A DNA stretch of 64,000 nt from assembly GCA_903879915.1 (NCBI GenBank), contig CAIRNJ010000026.1, forward strand, positions 21,433 through 85,432, in the 5' to 3' direction. A model generated the notes under the pieces. The model saw only the letters and a program-made list of their open reading frames with translations. It was not told the origin of the DNA and searched no databases. This DNA is from an uncultured Elusimicrobia bacterium (GTDB taxonomy: Bacteria; Elusimicrobiota; Elusimicrobia; Elusimicrobiales; UBA9959). The first letter of the stretch is position 1. The number at the start of each line of letters is the position of its first letter. Positions 1 through 7,461 of the stretch are shown here, in pieces. A program made the position numbers and the translations under genes.

Positions 1-32
1 ATCGTCTGCTGCTCGGTTATTAAATAATCCAT
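1..32 (-). CDS. partial CDS, 5' end only (continues past left edge), product unknown
   Basis: Minus-strand ATG at 32..30 with AAGGAG (RC of 41-46) 8 nt upstream. Frame stays open (MDYLITEQQT..) to the window edge. Too short for a product call. Confidence 0.35.
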   Translation of the reverse strand, partial: MDYLITEQQT

Positions 33-167
33 AAATCCGTCTCCTTATCGCGGCTTTAGCGCTGCGCGCGTTACGGGGCGAAATTACCCCGGCCGTAATG
101 ACTATGATACAAAAAAGCCGGGAGGTATTTGAAATGCGGGCGCGCCGTGAAAACGGGCTAAAAGGGC

Positions 168-1133
168 TTATATGAAGGCGGTATGCAGCGCTTTAAGAAG
201 GGTTTCCCCCTGCGCGGCGGGAACGCTTACGATAATGCTGCCCGGGGCGGTCCTTATTGCTGCGGGCGCCAGCCCCGCGGCCCGGGCGGCGGCCAGCGTT
301 TTCAGCGCTTCCGGTCTGCCCAGCCCGCGGCCTATGAGGGCCACCAGGGCGGTGCCGCCTTTTTTCTGCAGCGAAAGGCAGGTTACGCCGGCCGGCCCGC
401 CGGCCGCGGTTACCAGCGTGCCGGCTTCCGTATGGAAAGAGGACCGGAGCTGCAGCGGGATGCCGTGTTTTGCGGCGTAGCGCACGGCCCGCAGCTGGCG
501 CACCTCGGTGCCCAGCGCGGCCAGGGCGATGACTTCGTCATAGGAGATAAGTTTTATTTTGCGCGCTTCGGGCACCAGGGCCGGGTGCGCGGTATAAATG
601 CCTTTAACGTCGGTGAAAAATTCGCATACCGCGGCTTTCAGCGCCCCGGCCAGCGCCACGGCGGTAAGGTCGGAGCCTCCCCGCCCCAGCGTGGTTATGT
701 CGCCGGCGGCGGTGATCCCCTGGAACCCGGCTACCACCGGTATCCTTCCGGCCCGGAGCTCCCTCCTGAGCCTGGCCGGGTCTATGCGCCTTATGCCGGC
801 GTCGGAATGGACGGCGTCGGTCATTATGCCGGCCTGGCCGCCGGTGAGCGATATAGCTTTCGCGCCTTCGGCCTCCAGCGCCAGCGCCATCAGCGCGGCG
901 CTGAACTGTTCTCCGCCCGCCAGCAGGGCGTCCAGTTCGCGGCGGGACGGGTTCCTGCCGCCGGCCGCGGCCGCGAGCTTGAGCAGGTCGTCGGTGGAAT
1001 CGGCCGGGGCCGAGACCACTACCACGGGCCGCGCGCCGCCGCGGCGCTGCGCCAGCACCAGCGCCGCCGCCCGGCGTATCTTGCCGGGGTCGGCCAGCGA
1101 ACTGCCGCCGAACTTTAAAATTATTATTTTCAT
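168..1133 (-). CDS. lysC: aspartate kinase (short form, single ACT-like C-terminal segment)
   Basis: Last 321 codons of ORF 168..1580. Begins MKIIILKFGGSS (amino-acid kinase N-terminus) and contains the LGRGGSDLTA motif. The upstream part of the ORF is low-complexity read-through, so ATG 1133 was chosen. Confidence 0.8.
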   Translation of the reverse strand: MKIIILKFGGSSLADPGKIRRAAALVLAQRRGGARPVVVVSAPADSTDDLLKLAAAAGGRNPSRRELDALLAGGEQFSAALMALALEAEGAKAISLTGGQAGIMTDAVHSDAGIRRIDPARLRRELRAGRIPVVAGFQGITAAGDITTLGRGGSDLTAVALAGALKAAVCEFFTDVKGIYTAHPALVPEARKIKLISYDEVIALAALGTEVRQLRAVRYAAKHGIPLQLRSSFHTEAGTLVTAAGGPAGVTCLSLQKKGGTALVALIGRGLGRPEALKTLAAARAAGLAPAAIRTAPGSIIVSVPAAQGETLLKALHTAFI

Positions 1134-1140
1134 GCGCGTC

Positions 1141-1191
1141 GTTAAATGAAAAGCGGGAAGCGGCCGGAGTTTTACGTCTCGCGCTTCCCGC
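1141..1191 (-). terminator. putative rho-independent terminator after the GspE-like gene
   Basis: 10-bp perfect stem GCGGGAAGCG (1153-1162) / CGCTTCCCGC (1182-1191) with a 19-nt loop. On the minus strand it is followed by TTTTCATTT (RC of 1141-1152). Confidence 0.4.
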
Positions 1192-1213
1192 CGTGCGGAC
1201 CGGCCGCCGCGGC

Positions 1214-2557
1214 CTAGACCATGGTGGCGGTCACGCGGATTATCTCCGAAAGCGTGGTGGAACCGGCGCGCGCCTTCGTGATGCCGTCCATCAGCAGCGT
1301 GCGCATCTTGCCCGATTTTATGGCGGTGCGCTTTATCACGTCGGTGGGCGCGTGGTCCAGGATGTGTTTGCGTATCTCCTCGTTCATCAGCATCAGCTCG
1401 AAAATGCCCATGCGGCCCGCATAGCCGGTGTTGCGGCAGGCCTGGCAGCCTTTCTCTACCTTGTAATCCGCGCCCGGCCGGAGGATAAGCTCCTTCACCA
1501 GCTTGGCCTCTTCGGGGTCCATGTTCTTCACGAATTCGTTGACCATCGGCTCCGAGGGCGGGGCCGCTTTCTGCGCGCACTGGGGGCAGACCTTGCGCAC
1601 CAGCCGCTGGCTCATGGCGCCCAGCATGGAGGAGCCGATAAGGAAGGGCGGCACGCCCATCTCGAACAGCCGCTCTATGATACTGGCCGCGTTGATGGTA
1701 TGTATGGTGGTGAAAAGCAGATGGCCGGTAAGCGCCGAGCGCAGGCTGATCTCGGCCGTGTCGTAGTCGCGTATCTCCCCCACCATGATCACGTTGGGGT
1801 CCTGCCGCAGAATGGAACGCAGGCCTTCGGCCCAGGTAAAGCCGGTCTTAGCGCTGATCTGCGCCTGGTTAATGCCCTCAAGGCGGTATTCTACGGGGTC
1901 CTCGAGCGTGATGATGTTTATCATCGGGGTGTTGATGTTCTTGAGCATGGCGTACAGCGAGGTGGTCTTGCCCGAGCCTGTCGCGCCGGTGATGAAGAAG
2001 ATCCCGTAAGGGTTGCGGATCAATTTTTTTACTACGGTAAGGGTTTCGGGGTCCAGGCCCAGCTGGTCCAGGTCGATGCCCAGCTGCTGGCGGTCCATCA
2101 CGCGCAATACGAGTTTCTCGCCGTTGACCGTGGGGAAGGAGGACACGCGCACCTGGATGGCGCGGCCGGACAGCATTTTCTGAAAGCGGCCTTCCTCGTT
2201 GCGGAAAGAAGCGGGCGGCTCGGGGTCGAACCCGGCCAGCACGCGAATGCGCTGCGTAAGGGGAATTTCGGCGTTCTTGGGAGTGGCCAGCATGTCCTGC
2301 AGGATGCCGTCCACGCGGAAGCGCACGCGCAGGTTGGCGCCCTGGGATTCCAGGTGCACGTCGCTGGCGCGCTCGCGCACCGCGTGTTCGAGAATGAGGT
2401 CGCTGAGCTTGATGGCCAGGTCTATGCCGGGGGAGCGGCCTTTGGCCTGCAGGAGTTCGTTATAGCCCTCTTCGAGGGTGCCGGTCAGCGCGGAGCCGCC
2501 GGGCTGCTGCTGGCCGCCCTGTTCGTCTTCCTGCTGTTTGTTTCCCCAGAATGCCAT
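1214..2557 (-). CDS. type II secretion / type IV pilus assembly ATPase (GspE/PilB family)
   Basis: 447-aa ORF with Walker A GATGSGKTT, downstream Asp/His box region, and tetracysteine CPQC...CQAC. SD AGGAG lies upstream of ATG 2557. The N-terminus is Gln-rich and lacks the long N1/N2 domains. Confidence 0.85.
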   Translation of the reverse strand: MAFWGNKQQEDEQGGQQQPGGSALTGTLEEGYNELLQAKGRSPGIDLAIKLSDLILEHAVRERASDVHLESQGANLRVRFRVDGILQDMLATPKNAEIPLTQRIRVLAGFDPEPPASFRNEEGRFQKMLSGRAIQVRVSSFPTVNGEKLVLRVMDRQQLGIDLDQLGLDPETLTVVKKLIRNPYGIFFITGATGSGKTTSLYAMLKNINTPMINIITLEDPVEYRLEGINQAQISAKTGFTWAEGLRSILRQDPNVIMVGEIRDYDTAEISLRSALTGHLLFTTIHTINAASIIERLFEMGVPPFLIGSSMLGAMSQRLVRKVCPQCAQKAAPPSEPMVNEFVKNMDPEEAKLVKELILRPGADYKVEKGCQACRNTGYAGRMGIFELMLMNEEIRKHILDHAPTDVIKRTAIKSGKMRTLLMDGITKARAGSTTLSEIIRVTATMV

Positions 2558-2606
2558 GGTAGTCTCCTAAATAAGCCCGCTATCGGCGGCGGAGCGCCCG
2601 CTTAAA

Positions 2607-3089
2607 TTATAGCACTTGTTTATATTCTATCTTCAAGACCGTCAGGTTCTTTTCACCGCTGGGCAGAAGTATCTTCAGGTTCCTGCCGGCGGTGGCGCCC
2701 AGGAGCCCCTGCGCCAGCGGCGAACTTACGGAGATCCTGCCGGCGGAGGGGTCGGCCTCGTCCGAGCTGCAAAGCGTGTAGATGATGGTGGCGCCGGTAT
2801 TCTCGTCGCGCAGCGTAACGGTGGCGCCCAGCCGCACGTCGTCGTAGTTGGCGGCGGAACTATCCACTATCTTCGCGTCACGCAGCTTCATCTCGAGCTC
2901 GTTGATGCGCTGCATCACCATGGACTGCTTTTCTTTGCCGTAAATATAGCCGGCGTTCTCTTTCAGGTCTCCCTGTTCCCTGGCCTCGTTGATTTCAACG
3001 GAAAGGTCGTTCTTCTGGCGGGTGAGTTTCGCCAGCTCTTCCTTCAGTTTCTCGTAGCCGTCTTTTGAAAGATAAATCTCAGCCATCAT
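2607..3089 (-). CDS. greA: transcription elongation factor GreA
   Basis: MAEIYLSKDGYEKLKEEL.. coiled-coil N-domain plus a C-terminal GreA/B domain. Two tandem ATGs (3089 and 3086) sit directly after a G10 tract. Confidence 0.85.
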   Translation of the reverse strand: MMAEIYLSKDGYEKLKEELAKLTRQKNDLSVEINEAREQGDLKENAGYIYGKEKQSMVMQRINELEMKLRDAKIVDSSAANYDDVRLGATVTLRDENTGATIIYTLCSSDEADPSAGRISVSSPLAQGLLGATAGRNLKILLPSGEKNLTVLKIEYKQVL

Positions 3090-3099
3090 CCCCCCCCCC
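3090..3099. repeat. C10/G10 homopolymer abutting the greA start codons
   Basis: Ten consecutive C on the plus strand (G10 on the greA strand), read directly from the sequence. Confidence 0.95.
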
Positions 3100-3159
3100 G
3101 GCAAGTGTAATGCCCTGGCCGCACCTGCAACAGCGTGGCGGGACAGGGCATAAAATCTG

Positions 3160-3233
3160 TGGCACCGAGAGGAATCGAACCTCTGACCTAGCGCTTATGA
3201 AACGCCCGCTCTTACCATCTGAGCTACGGTGCC
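3160..3233 (-). tRNA. tRNA with CAT anticodon (elongator Met, or Ile2 if lysidine-modified)
   Basis: The reverse complement folds as a cloverleaf: acceptor GGCACCG/CGGTGCC, D arm GCTC..GAGC, anticodon loop TTCATAA, T arm AGAGG-TTCGATT-CCTCT. It lacks the initiator features (no 3 consecutive G:C in the anticodon stem). CCA is not encoded. Confidence 0.85.
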
Positions 3234-3309
3234 GTGAGTGCTCGGCGGGCTGGTTTCCTCACCGGGGGCCTGGGCCTTCGGGTGAGGTTTCTAGTATATC
3301 AAAAAGTTA

Positions 3310-3338
3310 TTGTAAAGACAAATATTGTTTCCTATAAT
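3310..3338 (+). promoter_or_regulatory. sigma70-like promoter for the malic enzyme gene
   Basis: TTGTAA (3310-3315), 17-nt spacer, TATAAT (3333-3338). It lies 48 nt upstream of ATG 3386. Confidence 0.6.
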
Positions 3339-3385
3339 TCTACACAGCGCAGCTGCCTGCATACGGTCAATAAAAGGGGCCCCAA

Positions 3386-4723
3386 ATGGCAATGATAAAA
3401 GTTACGAAAGAAGAACTGCTGAAGAAGGCGAACAAGCCGGCAGAGGACGCGATGAAACTGCATCCTTTCTATAAAGGCAAGGTTGAGATAGTTCCCAAGT
3501 GCTGCGTGCGCGACATAAACGATTTCGCCATCTGGTACACCCCCGGCGTGGCCTCGGTCTGCAAAGATATAGAGAAGAACCCCGAGATGGTGTACGAGCA
3601 CACCAATAAGGGCAATATGGTGGCCGTGGTCTCCGACGGCACCCGCGTGCTGGGCCTGGGCGATATCGGCCCCGAAGCCGGCCTGCCGGTGATGGAAGGC
3701 AAAGGCCTGCTGTTCAAGTTCCTGGGCGGCGTGGACGCTTTCCCCATCTGCCTGAAAACGAAAGATCCCGCGGAAATAATCAAGACCGTGCAGTACCTGG
3801 AGCCCTCGTTCGGCGGCATCAACCTGGAGGATATCTCCCAGCCCAAATGCTTCGAGATCCTCGACGAGCTGCGCCGCACCATGAACATCCCCGTCTGGCA
3901 CGACGACCAGCAGGGCACCGCCACCGTCTGCCTGGCCGGGCTGATAAATTCGCTCAAGATAGTAGGCAAGAAGATCCAGGACGTGAAGATAGTGCTGTTC
4001 GGCGCCGGCGCGGCCAATATCCGCATCGGCACGCTGTACATGTCCTACGGGGCGAAGCCCGGGAACCTTATCTATGTGGATTCCAAGGGCATCCTGCACA
4101 AAGGGCGCACGGACCTCAAGGACCATAAAGAAAAATGGCATATGGCCAATATCACCAACGGCCGGCAGCTTACCGGGAAGCTCGAGGACGCGCTGGTGGG
4201 CGCCGACGTGCTCAGCGCCGCCTCCACCCCCGGCCCCGACGTTATCAAGAAGGAATGGATAACGAAGATGAACAAGGACGCCGTGGTGTTCGCCACCGCC
4301 AACCCCATCCCCGAGATCTGGCCCTGGGACGCCAAAGAAGCGGGCGCCAGGGTCGTGGCCACCGGCCGGTCGGACTTCGACAACCAGGTCAATAATTCTC
4401 TGGGTTTCCCCGGCATCTTCCGCGGCGCGCTGGACGTGCGCGCCAGGACCATCACGGACGAGATGTGCATCGCGGCGGCCGAGGCGCTGGCCGGCTACGT
4501 GGAGCGCAAAGGCATGAACGAAAATTACATAATGCCCAGGATGGACGAGCCCGAGGTCTTTATCGAGGAGGCCGTGGCGGTGGGAATGAAAGCCATCGAG
4601 CAGGGCCTGGCCCGCGTGATACTTACCCGGGAGCAGCTGCGCAAGAGCGCCGAAACGGCCATACACCGCGCCATCAAGGACAGGGACGTGCGCCAGGAGA
4701 CGGGCATAGTGCCGCTGCCGTAA
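3386..4723 (+). CDS. NAD(P)-dependent malic enzyme (malate dehydrogenase, oxaloacetate-decarboxylating)
   Basis: 445 aa with VAVVSDGTRVLGLGDIG, GGINLEDI and a GAGAA Rossmann motif, typical of short prokaryotic malic enzymes. SD AAGGGG lies upstream. Confidence 0.9.
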   Translation: MAMIKVTKEELLKKANKPAEDAMKLHPFYKGKVEIVPKCCVRDINDFAIWYTPGVASVCKDIEKNPEMVYEHTNKGNMVAVVSDGTRVLGLGDIGPEAGLPVMEGKGLLFKFLGGVDAFPICLKTKDPAEIIKTVQYLEPSFGGINLEDISQPKCFEILDELRRTMNIPVWHDDQQGTATVCLAGLINSLKIVGKKIQDVKIVLFGAGAANIRIGTLYMSYGAKPGNLIYVDSKGILHKGRTDLKDHKEKWHMANITNGRQLTGKLEDALVGADVLSAASTPGPDVIKKEWITKMNKDAVVFATANPIPEIWPWDAKEAGARVVATGRSDFDNQVNNSLGFPGIFRGALDVRARTITDEMCIAAAEALAGYVERKGMNENYIMPRMDEPEVFIEEAVAVGMKAIEQGLARVILTREQLRKSAETAIHRAIKDRDVRQETGIVPLP

Positions 4724-4748
4724 CGCGGTCCCGCGCCGCGGCAGCCGG

Positions 4749-4784
4749 GGTCCGGAGAGCGAAACCTCTCCGGACCTTTTATTT
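4749..4784 (+). terminator. rho-independent terminator of the malic enzyme gene
   Basis: 11-bp perfect stem GGTCCGGAGAG (4749-4759) / CTCTCCGGACC (4766-4776), 6-nt loop, then TTTTATTT (4777-4784). Confidence 0.75.
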
Positions 4785-5477
4785 GCAGTATTTCTGTTTA
4801 AGGCGGACGGTGGTGGTCTCGTCGCCCTTGTCGTTCTTGAGCAGGGTCGGATAGTTCAAGTCGGTCTCTACCTGCACCTGCTCCAGCGTAAGCCGGTCGG
4901 CTAAAAAACGCGTCAGGGTGGCTCGTTTTTCGTTCTTGGAGCATATTTCTGAAAGCTCCGTGCCGGCAGTTTCCATTACTATGTGTTCCGCGTAGCCGTC
5001 TTTTTTCATGTCGTCCAGAAAAATGTAGGTCAGGGCGCCCAGCTTGTTCTCCTCCTGGGCTTTTACAAGTTCATGGGCGATGACGTGCTCCAGCACGCGC
5101 GGGTCTTCCGTGCCCCCGGGGTTATGGGCCAGGTTCTTTTCAAAATCGGCCTCGGCCAGGAAGATCTTGCCGGTCAAGGGGTGCAGGCAGGAGAACGCTT
5201 TGCTGCAGAAGGGCGCCAGCAGCGCGAACCTGGAGGGGTCCCCTACAATGTATACCTCGAACTTCTGCTGAGAGTTGAAAAGATCGTTCGCGGAAGCTTT
5301 TTCCAGCGCCCGGTCTATGATCGCGTGCGAGCTCCCGGCCAGCGGTTCGCTAGAGTACAAGGTGAGATTCCCGGCCGTATATTCATGCCCGAACATAACC
5401 TTGGGGTAAAGCGCAATGCCCGTATAAACTGCGGCTGCCAGCAGTACGCAGATAAAGATGAAGCGGCTTAATGTCAT
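4779..5477 (-). CDS. hypothetical membrane-anchored protein (AT-richer orphan gene)
   Basis: ORF 4779..5495. ATG 5477 gives MTLSRFIFICVLLAAAVYTG, an N-terminal anchor or signal. It contains VIAHELVK (HExxK, not HExxH). I recognise no family. The composition is visibly AT-richer than the flanks. Confidence 0.6.
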   Translation of the reverse strand: MTLSRFIFICVLLAAAVYTGIALYPKVMFGHEYTAGNLTLYSSEPLAGSSHAIIDRALEKASANDLFNSQQKFEVYIVGDPSRFALLAPFCSKAFSCLHPLTGKIFLAEADFEKNLAHNPGGTEDPRVLEHVIAHELVKAQEENKLGALTYIFLDDMKKDGYAEHIVMETAGTELSEICSKNEKRATLTRFLADRLTLEQVQVETDLNYPTLLKNDKGDETTTVRLKQKYCK

Positions 5478-5653
5478 AGCGAATATTATAACCAATATTA
5501 GAACGGAAAGCGCATAAGTGCGAAAAACGGCAAGATGCCTTCATCTGGGTCTTTGGACCTATACAGATGTAGGCCTTTTGGCCCTTGAGATAAATCAACC
5601 AAAGCGTACAGTATACACAGCTACCGTGTAATCCCCGGGATCGGCCGGGGAGC

Positions 5654-5733
5654 ATCCACCTCCGGACCTTAATCCGGGTTCACCACAGTAGGCACAAGGC
5701 CTTGATCGGCCGAGGCTGCACGTGGAGGTGGAT
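5654..5733 (+). promoter_or_regulatory. structured 5' leader with an SD-sequestering helix
   Basis: ATCCACCTCC (5654-5663) is the exact reverse complement of GGAGGTGGAT (5724-5733), which contains the SD and abuts ATG 5734. Internal hairpins are CCGGA/TCCGG (5662-5677) and GGCC/GGCC (5698-5711). Confidence 0.45.
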
Positions 5734-6732
5734 ATGCAACATGTGATAACGAACTCTCCAATCCCCGTAGTGCGCAGGCGTACACTCGCCGCTTTAATTG
5801 TTTTCTTAGCCGCATTCCATTTTACCTCCCCCGCCCTGAACGCGCAGGCGCTTAACCAGCTTTACGGCTCCGCCTCCGCAACCGAGGCCCCTCTGCCGCC
5901 CGCGCCGGGCGAGGCCACGGTATATACCGCGGCCCCGGGCTTTAATATCTATTTCCTCAGCGTCGGCCAGGGAGATGCCATCTACATAGAGCTGCCCAAC
6001 GGCCGGAACGCGCTTATAGACGGCGGGCCCTCCAATTCCGCTGCCGGGCCCCTGGCGCAGTTCCTTGCGCAGAAGAACGTTACGAAAATAGACCATGTGG
6101 TGCTTACCCATCCGCACTCCGACCATTACAACGGCCTGCAGTATGTTTTTTCAAATATCACCGTAGGCAGCTTTTACGATACCCGCATGGATAACAGCGG
6201 CGCTTCCACCGACGACAAGCTGCGCGGCCAGATAGCGGCCCTTGGCGTCAACACCGTTTATCCCGCCCCCGGGGACGAGCTTTCATGGGGCGCGGGCGGG
6301 GTAGAGGCTAAAGTGTTCAATTCCTGCCCGGAGGCGGCGGCAAGCTCCAACGGCAACCAGGTGAACGACTGCTCCATTGTGATAAAGCTTTCCTACCAGG
6401 GCGCCTCGGCGCTGTTCGTGGGCGACGCCCAGGCCGACGTGGAAGCGCGGATGGTGTCCGTTTACGGCGCCGAACTGAAAGCGGATGTGCTGAAAGTGGG
6501 CCATCACGGCAGCCAGTATTCCTCTTCCGAGCCTTTCCTTAGCGCCGTGAAGCCGGCCAGGGCTTATATTGAAGTGGGCAAGAATAATTACGGCCACCCC
6601 ACCCAGGGCGCTATCGCCAGGCTGCTGGCGGCCGGCGCGAAGGTCTTCCGCACCGACCTCGACGGGACGCAGGAATATTCCCCTGACCTTGCTCTGCTCG
6701 CCGCGGCCGGGAGCTCCGCTTCCGCGTATTGA
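5734..6732 (+). CDS. secreted metallo-beta-lactamase-fold hydrolase (ComEC C-terminal-domain-like)
   Basis: N-terminal hydrophobic signal. Motifs SVGQGDAIYIE, LIDGGP, THPHSDHYNGL and KVGHHGS. ATG 5734 with GGAGG 5 nt upstream is preferred over GTG 5722. Confidence 0.8.
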   Translation: MQHVITNSPIPVVRRRTLAALIVFLAAFHFTSPALNAQALNQLYGSASATEAPLPPAPGEATVYTAAPGFNIYFLSVGQGDAIYIELPNGRNALIDGGPSNSAAGPLAQFLAQKNVTKIDHVVLTHPHSDHYNGLQYVFSNITVGSFYDTRMDNSGASTDDKLRGQIAALGVNTVYPAPGDELSWGAGGVEAKVFNSCPEAAASSNGNQVNDCSIVIKLSYQGASALFVGDAQADVEARMVSVYGAELKADVLKVGHHGSQYSSSEPFLSAVKPARAYIEVGKNNYGHPTQGAIARLLAAGAKVFRTDLDGTQEYSPDLALLAAAGSSASAY

Positions 6733-6790
6733 ACCGGGACCGCCCATTTCCCCTCCGTACCCTTAGAACTTCGCTAATAGCCTAGCACAT

Positions 6791-6816
6791 CAACCCGACA
6801 GCGTAGTGTCGGGTTG
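6791..6816. terminator. 10-bp perfect hairpin between convergent genes (possible terminator, no U-tract)
   Basis: CAACCCGACA (6791-6800) / TGTCGGGTTG (6807-6816) with a 6-nt loop. It sits between the MBL hydrolase stop and the tag stop. Confidence 0.35.
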
Positions 6817-6865
6817 TAAATGGCGTATTTCGGGAATTTAAGGCGGCGGAGGGCTGTCTTTTTAA

Positions 6866-7444
6866 TCAGAGCCCGGCGCAGGCCTTGTGGCGGAAGCAGG
6901 TCGCCAGGTGGTCGTTGACCAGGCCGGTAGCCTGCATATGGGCGTAAACTATGGTGCTGCCTACGAACTTGAAGCCCCGCTTTTTCAGGTCGGCGCTCAG
7001 GGCGTCGGATTCTTTCGACGTGGCCGGCAGCTGCGAAAGGCTGGTCCAGCGGTTGACTTTCTGCCTGCCGCCTACGAACGACCAGATGTATTTCGAGAAA
7101 CTGCCGAACTCCCTGCGCACTTCCAGGAATCTTTTCGCGTTGTTCACCGCGGCGTTCACCTTCAGGCGGTTGCGCACTATGCCGGGGTCCCTGAGCAGCG
7201 CGGCTATCTTACCCGCGCCGAACCGCGCCACTTTTTCCGGATCGAAGCCGGCGAAAGCCCTGCGGTAGCCTTCGCGTTTGTTGAGTATGGTGGCCCAGCT
7301 TAAGCCCGCCTGCGCGCTCTCCAGCGTAAGGAACTCGAACTGCCTAACGTCGTCGCGCACCGGTTTCCCCCATTCCTCGTCGTGATAAGGAATATACAAA
7401 GGGCTGGCGCCGTAAGCCCAGGGGCATCTTTTTCGTCCGTTCAT
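6866..7444 (-). CDS. tag: DNA-3-methyladenine glycosylase I
   Basis: Last 192 codons of ORF 6866..8638: MNGRKRCPW..YHDEEWG..FEFLTLESAQAGLSW..IVYAHMQATGLVNDH. ATG at 7444. Confidence 0.9.
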   Translation of the reverse strand: MNGRKRCPWAYGASPLYIPYHDEEWGKPVRDDVRQFEFLTLESAQAGLSWATILNKREGYRRAFAGFDPEKVARFGAGKIAALLRDPGIVRNRLKVNAAVNNAKRFLEVRREFGSFSKYIWSFVGGRQKVNRWTSLSQLPATSKESDALSADLKKRGFKFVGSTIVYAHMQATGLVNDHLATCFRHKACAGL

Positions 7445-7461
7445 AAGACCTTTTGAAGCGG

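Noticed and set aside
1134-1580. N-terminal extensions of tracked ORFs: 168-1580, 6866-8638, 12281-12952, 13065-14561, 16207-17589, 24529-26106 and 28232-29500.
   Set aside because: The extensions are read-through in an alternative frame across the upstream gene. Internal ATG or GTG starts give proteins of canonical length with ATGA or TAATG coupling to the upstream stop.
5535-5588. 17-codon upstream ORF (MPSSGSLDLYRCRPFGP) in the MBL leader region, as a possible leader peptide.
   Set aside because: It has no Shine-Dalgarno and no obvious regulatory codon run. It lies upstream of the best promoter-like elements. There is not enough support.
5560-5735. Possible SRP (4.5S) RNA or another known RNA class. 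The minus strand contains AGGTCCGGAGG, reminiscent of the SRP helix 8 tip.
   Set aside because: The flanking conserved SRP elements (GGAAGCAGCC-type 3' side, symmetric loop) are absent. I also could not match GEMM, ZTP, fluoride, preQ1 or guanidine motifs from memory. It is kept only as an unclassified structured leader.
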